Positions 39,112-54,600 of a stretch of 64,000 nt of DNA are shown here, piece after piece. This DNA is from Balanoglossus misakiensis (taxonomy: Eukaryota; Animalia; Hemichordata), in assembly GCA_040954595.2 (NCBI GenBank), contig CM082583.2, positions 6,322,849 to 6,386,848 of the forward strand, written 5' to 3'. Both the position numbers and the translations under genes were made by a program. The notes below the pieces were generated by a model that worked only from the letters and a program-made list of their open reading frames with translations, had not been told where the DNA came from and made no database searches. Each line of letters starts with the position of its first letter. The stretch's first letter is position 1.

Positions 39112-41870
39112 GAGGGTCTGGTCGATTCTTGGAGTAAATCATTCGTCCAGTTGACAGGAGTCTGCTTGGCATATTTAACAGATGACGTCATTTACGTTTT
39201 ACTCCAACTTTATCTACTCCGCGTATACGGTGATACATACATTCGATCGAAAATATCTTATTGTTTAAAAGAATTATCAACGATTTTGAAGTTCAATCCT
39301 TATCCTTACACTGTACTTGGGGCATGACAGCGTAACTGTCTTTTGACCTGAACTGAAAACGTCGGTGTTACGCAGTTTGCTTTGGCCCATAGCGGAGTAC
39401 ACAAGACCCAAGGTCTGTGCCCGTAGAGTTTTTGCCCAAGACCAAACCCCATGGTACCATATCCAAGATATAAAACCATAGCACGCCCATAGTGTTGTAC
39501 GAGTCACGTTTCAAGTCAACACAGGTGCCACACCCAAGTCCCAAGATGTAATCTTACGGGATCATATGCAAGACCTCACACACACTTTTATGCCCATGAT
39601 CCAACCTTGTGGTGTAGTACAAGTCTGAGCAAACATACTTCTTGAAGCGAAAGGCGATCCAAAACACTCTCTCGATTTGTATCTAGGTAGGCAGTCCGAA
39701 ATATACAGGAGATGTATGCGTGTTGGAGACGTATTGAAACACATGTATCTCAACGAATCTGTTAAAATATTGACGAATAGACAAAGGAAATGAACCACTT
39801 TTACGACAAGTATTCCAGACTGAATAAGTATACATGTAAGTTTACCTACTGACGAAATGCTGCTCGGAGATTCTGTTTCCCAGACATTAAATTATCCGAG
39901 GCAGACTCTTACCTCCAGCTTGTTGATAAATGTATTTTCTATCTTGATAAATGTGTGTTTTTGTCCCATAAATGTCACACTCACTTTCCAATTACTAACA
40001 ACGGGGTCAAAGTTCACACATTAGTAAGATTATTGTTGTTTTAAAACTTGTTGCCCGCGGGCGCGCAAACGACAAGGGGGATAATGCGCCGTAGAAAGGA
40101 AATACAAATATAAAGACAGATTGGTGTAATTTGTTGAGTTTGGTTGTCAGGGGATAAATCTGCTCACCAGACGACAATGCTAACCGCAGATGTTGTCGTC
40201 TACCGCATTTTCAAATGCAATTTATACTCTTTAAATATTGCAAGTTGCTCCGACTACAACGTGTACATGTATGTCACAATATACTCTCGCACTGCACGAT
40301 ATTTTCTTTTTCCATAGCAGATGTCACTGCGCTGACTTGATCGAACAGAGAAACGTTTCGCGTCACTCACTCAGTCACACAACAACAACCGTATGCAACC
40401 ATTACTTATTCAGGTCGAACGGGAAGAGTGCATTTAATGTATACAGTGCGATATGTCCGGCTAGTAATTATTAATTAAATACCACTTCTTATTCGTTGGA
40501 CATTGCGTCCTTTGCTCAACACGGCACCATGAATAATGAATATTCGAAAACAATACATTGAGAAGCAATAATACGCAAAGGCAAATATCCATGGATGACG
40601 TATGAGGCAAACTCCGTAATTAGTTATAGCTGAAATGCAAATATAATTTTGGTAATATTTATAACCCTTACACGTTGCTGGTCAACAGCACACGCTCTGA
40701 GTGAAATTAATTAGTTGATTAACACCCTGTAAAGAACTTTCGCTAAATGACTTTCGCAACCCATGCAACAAGAACACGTGTAGCGTTGGTGTACTGTCAT
40801 GGCAACCGGTAGTGTGAAGTGTATGAATATATAAAATGAAACGAAGCAGAAACTTATGAAAATATAGGCAAAAGTTATAATGTCCCTTTAATTTTGTGCT
40901 AGCTTGCCATGGGTTCGTGGAAGAAACCGGTGAATACAACAAGATAGTAAAAGAAAGGAATACATGTACACAGCGAATGAATGATTGTGGACGAATGAAA
41001 CAAAATCAGCAAATGACGATAAAAGACGAAAATCTGGGGTTTTCATTAAAGCGTAGTACATGAAAGCTTTTAAGACGTGTCAATGTGAACTGACGGGCAA
41101 GACGATGCTGTATGTATAGTGTTGCCGTAAAACAAGTAACACCTTCATAAAACGATGAAAGTATCTGACTTGGTCGACGCTCGGGGCGAAACAGAACGGT
41201 TGCGGGCATATTTTTTATGGGTGGTAGAATCAGAATTACACCGTACTGTTGGGGGCAAATTTATCATTTGATTTTCTTTCTTCCATCGTGATACAGGTAC
41301 ACGTCGACTGGCAACTCGGTATTCACATATTATCTCCGGCGATGCTGAACAGAGTGAGGCGTTCGTGATCATCAAATTTCAAGCAACTATAGTTCGGGTC
41401 TGACTTAGATTAACCCTCTCGAAGCCACAGTCATTTTGCTGGCATTTCATCAAAATTAACATCATAACTTTTTCCACAATGTTTTTCTAAAATTTTGATC
41501 TGGACCTGTAGTCGATGGAAAATTATGTCCCTTTGGTCTAAAATTAAGGGAAAATACGGAAAAACTGTGTGGAAATGACAAAAAATGTTGCACCCATTTT
41601 GGAGGGGAAAATGTGACGTATATGGTTAATGTAGACGTATACTGACAGAGAGGAAATTCAAATACTATGAGCAAAGTGTCGCGGATATCGTTAATTCCCC
41701 TCTCACCCACACAACATAAATAAACGTTAATGGCAAGAACTGCTCTTTAATATTCATTATTATGACATTATTTTGTCAAACCTAATAAAAGATGGAGAAA
41801 ATTTCTAACACGACAATCGAATAAATGGTGGTTTTGGCCCTTGCACGTGGATACACAAGAGGCTGGGCAT

Positions 41871-41945
41871 TTCTCTCTCCCTTTCTCTCTCTCCCCCCTC
41901 TCTCTAGCCCCTCTCCCTCTACCCTCTCTCTCCCGCCCCCTCTCT
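41871..41945. repeat. CT-rich polypyrimidine simple repeat
   Basis: ttctctctccctttctctctctcccccctctctctagcccctctccctctaccctctctctcccgccccctctct. Confidence 0.85.
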
Positions 41946-44900
41946 ACATTTCCAGGCAGCTTTGAATATTTAACCCATCGCATTTTACTCCATCGTATTG
42001 ACTATAAGATTAACCGATTAACATGTCTGTATATTTGTATTTATACATGAGAGTCAATTCTGTCAATATTGTGACCGGGGTTTGCAAGTTTCCAATCTCG
42101 ACAGAAAAATTACCTGACTAATCCTTAAAGGATAAAACGATTTCGATCTTGTGCGGCGGTGTTTGTCAAAGTTAGCTGCTATTATCAACGAAGATTGTCC
42201 TCAGCTGAAGTCTTACTGTCAAGCAATTGTTATTACAGGTATATGTGCCAAAACATTATTAAGTAGTGGTGTAGACAAAGGACTGTGTCTGGCCCTGCCT
42301 GATGTGTGAGCGGGTAATATTCCCGGCTATCCATTCTCTTATGTCTCTGTTACGGGAAAATGCCGAAAAAATTGAAATTCCCAGCGAAGTAAAATTTGTT
42401 TATCGTCAATTTAAAGATTGTTTTTAATTCTCGGTTTTCGTTCGACGTCCCCCAACGTAGGCAGTGTTGTTTCGACAGCAAATTCCCGCTATACGCGGTA
42501 TTCCTGTGAAATCATAATCCATTTCAAGTTGGAGAATTGCTTGAAAATATCAACGTCTCCCATGGATGTTCTGTCGGGTCTACATGATGTTCTAATTTCT
42601 TGAACATAACGAAGGGAAACATTTTCATAGACATAAAATACTTTATTAACGACATCTTAATACAAGACATGACGATATTTTTTTATCAAAACAATAAAGC
42701 GGTAAGTACAAGCGGCCGCAGGCGCTGTTCACGTGACAGACATTCTCTATTCGGCATTCAGTGATGCACCTGGTGATCAGGTGATAGGCCCACAAACTTT
42801 GGTAGTAAGTAAACCAGTGTCGCAATGTCTCTTTCAAAGGGCAGGTAAATGAATGAATGAATGAATGAATGTGTACAACTTCAAATGAACTTAGGTTCAA
42901 CGCCAAAATAGCCAATCAGATATTCAGTGGATGGCAAGCGCGAAATTTTTTTTTGCCACCACATGGTCATTTGAAGATTTGGACACGCCCCTTTGGACCA
43001 TGTGTGATGTGACCAGGTGTTAATGAATAATTAGTTCAGTCGTACAAAAGCCTTCAGTCGTCCACGTGTGTTTGCCTCCTTCGCAAGAACGTAGAAGTCC
43101 ACGTGTACACGACCCCGTCGTTTACCCAGGCACTGGCAGTCGCGGAGAACGGAGTCCGGAGTGCGCGACGCTGAAGCGAGTTTTGGATGTGTCCACGCGA
43201 TATTCTGGGAGGCGGTACTGCGAGTCCCAGGAAGTCTGCTTGTGGACGGTTGTGCAGGAACTCTCGGAATTCTTCGAGTTCTTCTCATGTGTTCACGGAC
43301 TCTACACGTGCGGTGCGTCATGGTCATTCACTCTGCTACCAAGAAGCATGGACGGGCTCGGTCGACTATTTTTAACACCAACGTTAGCTAGTTCGGTTTG
43401 CAAAGCCTGGTCACACATGGTCCATATAAATTGTAAGATTCTTGTTTTAATCTTGTTCTTTAATTAACTTTAATTAAATAATTCTGTGTGTGAATAATCC
43501 CCCGTGCGTTATCTCTGTTTGAAAGACGTCCACTGGGGTCGTAAGAATATGTATATTAGAGGTGACCGTATACCTTTGACCTCTTGTGTCAAACTTGTTC
43601 AAAACGCTCTGACATGAGATTCAATGTGAAATCTAATGTCAATGTTGTGATTAAACCAATCAGGAACTTCCAGCAAAGGTCTCTGAGGTCATCCAGTGAT
43701 GCAAATTTTGTGACGACGACACTTGACCGACAATTGTATAAAACTGGGTATACAAAACTGTCTTTTATCGAAACTGCTTCAATAACTGATGGAATGCCAA
43801 GGAAAAAACTGTGCATCGTATAAGAACTTTGATGACTGTTCAATTACAAATACGGGAATACATTTGACAAATAATGCAGAACTATGTGTGATAAAATTAC
43901 AACCTTATGATTCGGGCCTCAAAACGAATAATACAAATGGCTCATACACTTCGCTAAGATTCTTTAAAAATAAAGACGTCATTATTTTCCAATGAAGCGG
44001 ATTTATAAGATGCACGGAATTTATATCACTATCTTGTATGCAAAATGACCGCAAAAATCTGCCATTATTTCAATTCGCTTGTATAAGGAATGTTAACAAG
44101 TGCTTATAAACTGTAAATAAAAGCGTAACGAACGAAAATATTCGAAGGACTATCAAAACTATTTTTAATTCCCTCTGTGTGTATTCTTTCAGTGCTGGGT
44201 TCAAGGGATTCTACTCCTAGTCACATGACCGATGTACTTCAAATACGACGCCGAAAGACGAATGGGATCTACGCCATTAAACTCCGCGCGTCTCATAAAT
44301 CGGTAAGGTACATTCCTCATATTTTAGTTAACATGTTGGTAAACTCCCCGGCCTTGTTTACTCCCTTTTACAGCCGACCGTCTTGTGTCCATTTTTATAC
44401 ACTCAAAAGGGTTCAACGGAGTGTGAAACACTTCGGATGGTCTATTCTCATTAAAATTACAGTATTCATACACCTGCTACGCACTGACCAATCAGAAATA
44501 ACCTTTCAAGACACCATCACATCACGACTGAAATACTCAACCAAGCAGATTACTGGCTCAGACTCCCAGTAGGTTAGAAGTTGAATAATTTTAAGCATCA
44601 GAAAGTTAAGAAATTAAATAAATAGATATAAAATATCTCTGAATATATATATCATTCGAAAATGTGCAGAAACATCCAATATTTACAAAGTCCATACATG
44701 AACACCACGCAAATGTTTGTGTTAAGTGTAAAGCACACGTGATGATCTCACAGATGAGAAAAGGAAATGCAAACTAACAGCAGACGTCCGATCTCGGACT
44801 AAACAAGCTACAGGTATCGTGCGAATAATACCCGGCCATTGCCACTCAAAATGAAAAGTGAACTGTCATTTAAAACGAAGATAATCGGATCACCTCAATG

Positions 44901-45680
44901 CATTTGTTATTGGTAGAAATTAAAATATCTGCCATGGAATATTCGATCAGCGTTATGGGTGACTCCGATTATATAAAAATGCACACTTAGTATTTTCCGA
45001 GGAAGTTTGATTAAACGAATACGGCCCAGACAAAAGCATCTGAAGAATTAAAACTTGAAATAACGTATTCTCTTTAACCAAGAAAGACGTATTTATACAT
45101 ATAACAAGTGATCATACACAATTTAACGTATAAATGATAAACTTTAACAACCTTGCTAGCTTGTCCACATAAACATAAAAAATAATACAGTTAAATATAT
45201 TGCACCACATATCAGAGAAAATTCGGGTATGTACTGTTTCGAATATTAACAGTATAGCTCAAACGTAAACAGAAAATTGTTGTTATAAAGAAAACACGTA
45301 TGTTATATTTTTTCTCCAGACTATACACATTTACCCTGATATGGTAACCATGGAATCATATTTTTTACCATAGCGTACTTGTAGCACTCCCATTGCACAG
45401 GCCATTTTGACATCATTCAATAGTAGTGACTCTTATACCGTCATAAATGTTCGGTAGTACATCTATACTACAATATACACTGATAATGCGCGATTTGCAT
45501 CTAGTATCACACCCCTCTCCAACTTGCACTAAATTTCGGACACTCTGGGGCTGCAATTTCACATCGCATCGGTTATCGAGTTCTGCACAGACGTGAATAT
45601 TTGAAGTTTTAGATAACCCCAATTGTCGAACACACTGGCTGTGTACATTCGCGGCGAGAACCAGGCAATCCACACTTATA

Positions 45681-48600
45681 TTAAAACGCTGACGTGCGAC
45701 GGTTATTTCTGCAAAACAATGAAAAAAGATGTAGATGAAGAATGATGCATAAAAAATATAAGCGAACAAACTCTAAAAAACACATGGTGCGCAGAGTGGG
45801 CTGACATGCTTCAACTGTTGAGATCTTATACAGAGTAATGTGTTGCTAGGAAAGTAGATAAACGCCGTATCATAACCGCATCTAATTGTCGAAACCGAAA
45901 TCACGCGGTTATGGATACTGCTAACCGTAGAGTCAAGCAAGTCGGGTATAAAATTGAATAATAGAAGACCCCGGTTGTAATATAACACCAGAAGCTGAAG
46001 TATTAGTTTACACTGGACTTTCAGACGGATTATAAAACGTGCAAGACGAGAGTGGTCGGGTTCAATTTGACTACTGCAGTGCCGAACAGGTGTCATATGT
46101 AGTTAATAGTTAATCATGTGAATGGAAAAACGAGACTTTAACTTAAGACGACGAAAAGGCAGATTTGTGATTTTTTAATGAGCGTCATCAAGCGGGGTCG
46201 TGTTACTCGTGTTATCTTCATGCCACATATTTAATAAATGCAACGCAAGTGTATCCGGAAAAAAAAACTAACCCGTAGATTTCTAACGACCGGGGAGGGA
46301 CTCGGCCAGCACCAACGGCCGAGGCCGGGAAGATTGTCTCGTTTCCCGTCTCGGGCGTTTCTCCGTTCATCACGATCGGCATCATGGCTCGCCACTGCTG
46401 GGTGGGCAGGCACGCCGGGCCGAGCATGGCCAGTCTCCAGTAGGCCAGCGTGCGGTCCATGTCGAGGCGGGGATCGACCGACGGCTGTGGTCTCCTTTGC
46501 TGAGATGTGAGCTCGTCACCCTTGAGTTTTTGCTGGATGGCGTACCTCGCCTTTCTTTCAGCGTCAAGTTCATGACAAAGAGTCTCTGCGGGAAGGATAG
46601 ACAGGGAATCAATGTAGACTCCGTACAGTAATGATACAAAGAAACATAACCCACATTTAAACTTGATCTCGAAGCAAATGTTTCAATCATCAATTTTATA
46701 TTACAATAGGAACGGAAAAGTTGCAAAACGGGGAAAAAATCAATCATGGGCAGGTTATCCCAGCCCTAAAGCGTAAATATCAGTCTGTCCTGGTATCAAA
46801 AACTGACCGGAAGCAGATTTAAATTCTACCTAACAGAGAAACCATTCACACTAAATTTAAGGTGGTTTTTCTTTTGTTCTTTTCGAGTTCAAAACTTCAC
46901 CATTGCCATTCACAGTTTGAATGAGTGTGAGGCTATGAATGCCAGAATCATATTCTATGATGTATTTAAAAAAAAATACAGGACACGATTAAAAGTTCTG
47001 AAAAAAAACCAGACGAATCGTGATGACGGTATAACTAATCTTCACAACATGACTGAATTCGTTTTTTACTGCTTTGATGTGCTCCGCGTCAAAAGAGACG
47101 AGCGGGCGCGCTCCGAACGCGCACAAAAGTCGAGATGACAGCGCTTTTGAATTTTCCGCCGTGTGTCGAGCGGTGACGTTGTCCGCTCTTAACGTTTTCC
47201 TTTTGACAGAGGAGCAACCGGCGACACTTCACTCCCTAGATTAAATTATCTAATGAAATTAGGCTCTTGGATTTTCAAAATAGCCGTCTATTGTTCGGGT
47301 CTATGGGTCTATTGGCAAAGGAAATGTAGCCCTTTCCCAAAGCCTTATTCACCGCTCAACAGTCACTCATCGAGAGATGACCTTTTCCAGGTCACGTGAC
47401 CTATTACTGCCGCGTCCGCCATCTGTTCACAAAACTAACCTATCATATCGTTAAGGTTTCTGAAAACGCGCGGAGTTCATTATCCTTGAACAAAAAGTAA
47501 AGTGGAGTGAAAAAAAAACTTTTAATGCGTGGCGGAATTATTTATGGGTATGGAAGAAAACAATTAAGTTTGTAACGTATGCTGATCTGGGACGCTCCGA
47601 TTGGTGTTTGGGAAGATTTGTTGCCCCTCTCCCTCGCAAACGTGCAAGTAGTAAACCATAGAACTACTCCTGAAGATGGTCGATTTTGAAACTCTCTCTC
47701 TCTCCCCACGTGCTCCGTCTCGTACACAAAATATATTCAACTTCGTATAACTCTTTGCCAATAGTGTCAACTGTCAACCATTGGTGTCCACCGTTCTACT
47801 CTCGGTGATGCGACTAAAATGCCACACTCTTGTTTGTCTGTAATTTTCGCTGATAATTTGGTCATGTTTAGTCCCCAGCTTAAATTAAACCATCAACTTT
47901 CGATATAAATGCTGAATAGCCATCAAACGTTTTACAGCTACTAGCCCTTAGAGACGTCCGCATTTACTTCGGTTATAGTTCCTTAGTTGTGTTGTGAGAC
48001 CACGTGATACAGAAACAGAAACTTTAAAAGTATGATACAGTTAACCCTGTTACAGATTTTGTCTAGATGTTTTGATAAGAAATATACACTTTTTTGTGGT
48101 GATATGAGAAGCGATTCTATTCGCGAAAGTCTACACTTGACAGGGGAGGTGTTTCACTTAGTGTTCTCTAAATCATAACATCAAATTTGGATGTGCGTCC
48201 TTTTTTATTGATAGTTGACTTGCGCTTCACCAAAAAGAACTTTGTTCGTGCCTTTTTTTCTTCTGATCTGGTGATCGAGATGAAGGTAAACCAGCAAGGA
48301 AGGCCTAGCTCCTTAAAATTGTTGAGATTGATAATTTTGTGGTTCTGATATTAGAAAAGATCTAACAAGTTAACGTGCTCCGATAACTGATATAACGTAG
48401 ATAACTTTTCAGGACACGAACTTAACACGAAACATAATTAATGTCGAAATTAGAGCTTGGTCGCTTGTGTTTTACCACGCTGGCTCGACTCCTTCATTAA
48501 ATATTGAAAGCGGAGAAAATTATTCTAGAAAGTATATAAAGTGTGTATCCGAAATAAACGACTGCGGGTTAATTCCGTTTCTTTATTTTTCAACAACAGA

Positions 48601-51600
48601 ACAAACTTTTTTTGATTTAGCAAAACTTGTGAGAAAACCTAAATCTTACCTCGTACAATCTGAAGCTGTTGTGACATTTCCTCCCTGTAAGCTAATTCTC
48701 GTTTGACTTGATTTTGGAAGGTATCTGCCGAGAGAGAGATAGATAGAGAGAGATGGAAAAAGTGAACAGATGGGTGGAAAGAGTTCTTAGCTAAATCCCT
48801 GGGACCGACATGGGCGGTAGACTTGGTAATTAGGCACCCCTATAGAGAAGGCAACCCGCAGGATATAGCGCAAATTACCAGGATTGAGTCGAACACCGGT
48901 AATCACACGAGGAGAACGGGAGATAACAAACGCAGGGGAAAGGGATGCCGAACGTTTGCCGAAAAAAATGTTCGCCGTCTATTCAATTAATGGACAAGTG
49001 ATTAGGACAAGGGATCAAACTCGTGAGGGGATTTTCGCGCAGCTCCATCAACGATGTATATATCACAATGGAGATCAAGAACATCCCGTTTAGTGTCAAT
49101 TCTGAATCACATGAAATAGCTGGATTTTTTTTTAAAAAGAAAATAAATCACACAGAATATGCAACATTTCGCGTAGTTCGTATCCAGAATGACAGAAGAG
49201 ATTGAACTTTATTAAATAATTGTCGGTGAAATTTAATTATATAATTTTAATAGGTAGTACCAGGTAGTAGTGTCACTTAAATATCACCGAGTGAATGCAC
49301 ATTTTGCCGGTTAGTTTCATTTTCAATGGCAAGGTAATGGGCGAACACGGGGTGTTAGACTATTGACAATGGCGCCGTATGATTTCTTCTGTATTCCACA
49401 GTTTTATAAGTGTAAGTACTGCGCTTGTAAATCTAACTGATTGAGGGTGTCTGACATTGCTGATTGAACAGCTACAGTGCGGGGGGGGGGGGGAATAAAC
49501 TTGGGGGAAAAACACACAAAGGAAGTATGAAAAAAAAATCCATCCTGTCACATAAATACTAATACCGAAAGGTCCAAAGTTAATACGCATACAATGTAAC
49601 ACCGTCACAGTAAATTGATGAGCAACGCTGTTGAATTGTAAACTTGGAGGACAGTAAGCAGGTAGGAGAACTGTGTTTTAATTAGATTGATAAATGGGGC
49701 CGGGCGATCGAAAGTGATGGATACATCACGAATGAAGCGTAGACTGATATCGGCTTTGGAAAATAAATAGCTACTGTCAACAATGGCTTGGGATAAACAG
49801 AGACAAAAAACATCCATGTATTCATTTATCAATATTATCAACCATAAATACATATAGGCAGGCAGGCGGGCGGGCAGGCAGGCAGGCACAGACAGACAGA
49901 CATGCAGATAGGCAAAGAATCGATGAGACAGAGAAGTGATTAAAGTAAATTGCCGATATATGTTAAGAAGAACAAGTGTTTTCTGAAAGAAATTTTGAAA
50001 CAAGATGTGAACAAAGAATTTGAGCGAACGGGGTAAAATTATAAAAATGTATTGACGAAAATTAAATTCATAGGAATCAAAGAAATTCCGAGAATTCAAG
50101 ACACGGCAGCGGTTAATATCCGCTGATTTTTCTGACATCCATGTCATCTCAACGACACACACTGAAACGCACTGTTTATTGTTAAAGTTTCCCAGTGACG
50201 GCTTTTTATGGACACGACTACACCGTCGACTGTATCAAATCCGTAACATAATAATTGAACTGTTCTGATAATAGTTGTATCATTATATTGTGTTACTAAA
50301 CAATTCAATCAAACAGTTTTGAAAGAATACTGCTATTAGTTGTAGTTGGCACCGTCCATATGTCGTCCTTAACTGAGATCCGCTTCACTGAATCCAAGCG
50401 TGCTCGGCGTACATCGGTATCAACTAGACTCGGGTTGGCGCGACATATCACCTCCGTAGCCAGCCCTTTGTTCGCCGGACAAAGGGGGCCCTCCGCGAGA
50501 AGAATATGCCAATTTTGACTTTTCTGTGACAGTTAGGTTGCGTCTTTTGTGCTCGCACGCAACCACTGAAAAAAAGCAAGGGTACGAGTCGTGACTCCAT
50601 TGGTGTACTCGGCAAAAAAACGCTGTGGGCCACCAGCGGAGGCCGCGGCGCCGCCAACAATGCACGACACGTGACGCTCGGAGGATGGCAGCTAGACTGG
50701 CCGACAGAAGGTAACCGATTGAAGACGAGAGGGGAAAAAAAATCCGCGCTAATGGATAAAATTGAGACCACTTAATTGGCATAATCAAAACTTTTTTTAC
50801 GGAGATCTTATTTAAACCATTACCAGAAGTACACCGTCGGTAGTCAAACAGATTGCAAACATTGACTAATTTGGTAGTCGTATAGCTGCCGGGATTAGCC
50901 ATGTAACTGTACGGTTGCCTGCAGTTTTTGGTATTTTGCTCGGGTTTGTCAAAATGTTACTTTCATTTAACCGATTGTTGTAGAAATTAGCGATGTTTTT
51001 TTGTCCTTCAAGGAAGGGCAACGTAATATTGGAAACTAACCGGCCTCCCTTCTCGATATTCTCAACTATAAAAGACCGAAGTAAAACTTACTGAAACTTA
51101 AGTATCATTCGAAATGAAAAAAAAAATACTTGACGTTTAAATAGCCGCGGAGATTGACCGATAAACGCATTGAAATGGAGGAAAGACAAAACCGCCGTGC
51201 ATCATGGGATTGTTCAGAACTCGACGCGTAGGGTCTGTGTAGAAGGAAACCAGTCGCACGTATGTGTACGTGGTCAGTCAGGATAATAAATCCCTCTCTA
51301 CAGTACTCGTTCAGAAGCACCGGGTTCTGTAATCAATATGAATAGTCACCTTTCAGTAGTTGGCATTCCTGTTCCATCTTCTTACGCATGCGCATTTCCT
51401 GCAACAGCGCCTTTTCCAGATCCTCTGCGATAAAAAAAATAGGAAGAAATTTAATACGACCACAGAGGTAAAACAAACGATAAAAAATCTTTTCTGCTGC
51501 TACTGAGCATTTCAGGACATAAATCGAAGGGTTTGCACGTATATTTTGGGGGGAATTCGGCGTTTGTTTACAGTGAAATTTCCGACTTTGCGGTCGTTGA

Positions 51601-54600
51601 AACATTTCGTCCCTGTTCTCCAGGCTCATGGAGACATATATATAGACAGGAACTCCTTCTGGCGAATTTGTACTATTTTAGCACTCTAGGACCATAAACC
51701 AAACATTAGCAATTTTGTAGCGATGTTTAACTGGCATCGAAAATAGTGAAGAATAGCAATTACCTTTCTCCATGTCTCCTATACCGCTTTCCGTGGTATT
51801 TTTCGGGGAGGCTGTCAGGTATCTCGTATCTGTAATCAAGAACGGGGAAATAGATGATTTTTTGAGAGCGGATACACTCACTCAAAGTATATTAACAGTG
51901 CCACTTATAACATTATGTTTGATTAGAATATGGTATTTCAAAGAGATCCATTTACTTACCACTGTTTTCGGTCTTTGTTCCATCCAAAGAAGACATGTTG
52001 CACACACCAGGAAGGTCTAGAGATGGAGGGCTTGTGATGGCTGCGTGAAAAGAATAGCAATGTTGAGGAGACTTTCTGAGAGTGATGACAAATAGTTGCG
52101 CATTTGGAATATCCTCTACTTGAATGGGTGTTTGGTCATTGAAAGTGGATAAACTGTTTTTTTTTTTTAATACTGAACCGCACGCATATTGGTGGGAATT
52201 AATAGTCTTAGTGTATATCCGTTATATTGCACTGTCTTTTATATTCATTTTGGTTTATTCTTCACATAAATTTAATGATTTTACTCACCATAACGACTGT
52301 CGTCTTGGTTGGCCCCACTTTCGGTTTGATGAACAAAACCGCTTGCAGCAGATTTCGAACTTGCCAGTTCCACACACGGTGATTTATCCGGTGACGTCAA
52401 ATCGCACGAGATGGGACGGGAAATCTTTAAAAGAGAGAACGACGGCTGATAAGATCGCAATTCTAAGAACGTACATTGCAGTATCTTGGATAAAACTTGA
52501 CATGGGGATATAGATAGGTCATGTAGGTTAGTCTCCGGTTTCACGCTTACCTCAGTCCCGCGCCGTATATTTTTTTGTTTCGGTTCGAAGTCTACTAGCG
52601 GTGGGGGAGATCAAGGTGAGCGGGTCTACACCGCACGCGCAGTCAGGCGGGAGAGAGATTTTGAGGTTTGGTCCCACCGGGGTGGAGGTAGCGGAACAAA
52701 AGAACGGGGATTCACAGCACGAGAACACCTTAACAGCCGGTTGGCAAAAAACAACAAGACGGAAAGGTGCGAATGTGCCACGGGTGCTGAAGAAACAGTC
52801 ACGGAGAGACCCTTGCAGGCAGCTCCCGCTTGGTTTCTTTTACTCCGTGCTGTCAAGGGTCTTACAAAGCTAAGATTCTCGTCGAATGAAGTATCAAATT
52901 TTCAAATATTTTTTCACAAGGCCCGATCTCGGATTATTTAGTCTTTAAGTAAGACTTTAAGCTGGGGAAGTTGGAAGGAAAAAAAAGTCACTTCGCCAAC
53001 GCAGTGTTGGACGCCTGCAAGAAAAAGTACCCTCGTTTGACAAAATATGGATGTAAGCACCATGTAAAATCTACCAAGTGATTAAAGCGACATATGCTAA
53101 GCCTGTAAAAGTAAACGTGAAGAATGAATCAAAATAGCTTTTCAGCTTCTGTAGCGAAAATTATTTTTCGCGAAATTTACCAACGTGTCACAACTCAGAT
53201 TTACAAACAATGCTTGTTGCGTCCAACAGAAAAACGAATTAGTCAACATTTTTCACATAATGAGACATATTAGCGAATACAAGACCCCGTAAAGAGCCAG
53301 AAATGGGTAATAAAGGGGGGCACAGGATAGGAAATTAAAAAAAAAACACGGTGTTTGGCGCAGAGCAGAGTCGCCGCTGATGCGGGGTTCATTGAAAAAG
53401 GCTTCGAGTAAAATGCTTTATGGTGATAAGCTTTTAGAGATGTACTCCATGTCACACTATCTCGTCTCGATTAATCAACAAAAGACTGCCTTAATTTGCT
53501 TTCCCTTGTAATTGCCTAAAGGGACTTGAAGTAGCTGGCACAGATATACCATCAAATCAACTCTAGGCTGAAACCTACCGGCTGACAACGTTTATAGTGT
53601 CACTGCCAGTTTAATTCTACTAACTCAGCCCCGGAGTCCGCGTGTGAATTATGCGTAGAGTTTCTGCCCGTCTCGAAGAACAGCGATTTTTACAAAGGGG
53701 CTGTATTCGCCCGGAATTTTCTTTGTGTCCGGGATATATAGTTCGCGAAATTTATTTTCGCGCCATTAAAATTTCACATCCTCGTCGGCCGCACGCAGCC
53801 ATCGCGGCACCGACTTCACGCCAGACGATAACACGAAACAAATAAAACACTAATAAGCGGACGAATCGTGCAAAAACCAATACGATATCTACTTTTATAG
53901 AGCCGTAGTCTTAATCAAGAGAACCCTCTTCTTTGCACGACAACACTACTATTTAAATGCTATTAGCCAAGCTTTCTAACTCATTTGATTTGAAGCTGGG
54001 CTTTGTACGAGCACACACTAATACATTTAGTATAAATTTTAGATGAGCACACGTCCCGCGCTTCTCGCTTTCAATAAACAAGATTGCATGGGCTATTTGC
54101 AAGCGCCCATCTGCAAGATTAAAGAACACTTTGTTGTAGCCTTCAGATAAAGTCTCCTAATGAATAAATAATAAGTTTTTAATACGGCCATATTTTAATT
54201 TGTTTGATGAAACATTGCTTTAGAGTGTTTTGGATTACTTTCACTGCGATGATGAATGGTGTGACGTGGCGTCATTACAATTGCGATATTCATGGTCATA
54301 ATATTCGCCTCCGATTAAATCCAAGAGTTTTACTCAGTGATAAATCAATGGACACAGATTCGAAGTGTTTGCACTCTTTAATGTTATTTATAACTGCAGA
54401 TCTTGTCCGACTCATCGGGACGAGCCATTAACCGGTGGCTATCACTTTCTGTGTGTACTAAGGAGTGTGAAAACGTCATCTGAATTATATGAGTTGCATC
54501 TTTCACCCAGGGCGTGCAGTATTAGTCTAATTCCGATGTGCGAAAACGTCAAAACACACTTTCCTTGTTGTCCACCTTAATTACTCTCGGTCGCCATGGA

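Noticed and set aside
41410-41629. Second TTAA-CC...GG-TTAA bounded segment, possibly a decayed piggyBac-like MITE
   Set aside because: The termini share little beyond TTAACC; insufficient support.
43031-43467. GC-rich patch with ORFs in several frames, including HDAPH resembling the SKOR HDALH tail
   Set aside because: The similarity is only 4 residues followed by a stop, and the acceptor is weak. It may be UTR or an enhancer but cannot be called coding.
52775-52792. TTCAGCACC half-site resembling RE1/NRSE in a SKOR intron
   Set aside because: The right half does not match the consensus, and REST is not established outside chordates.
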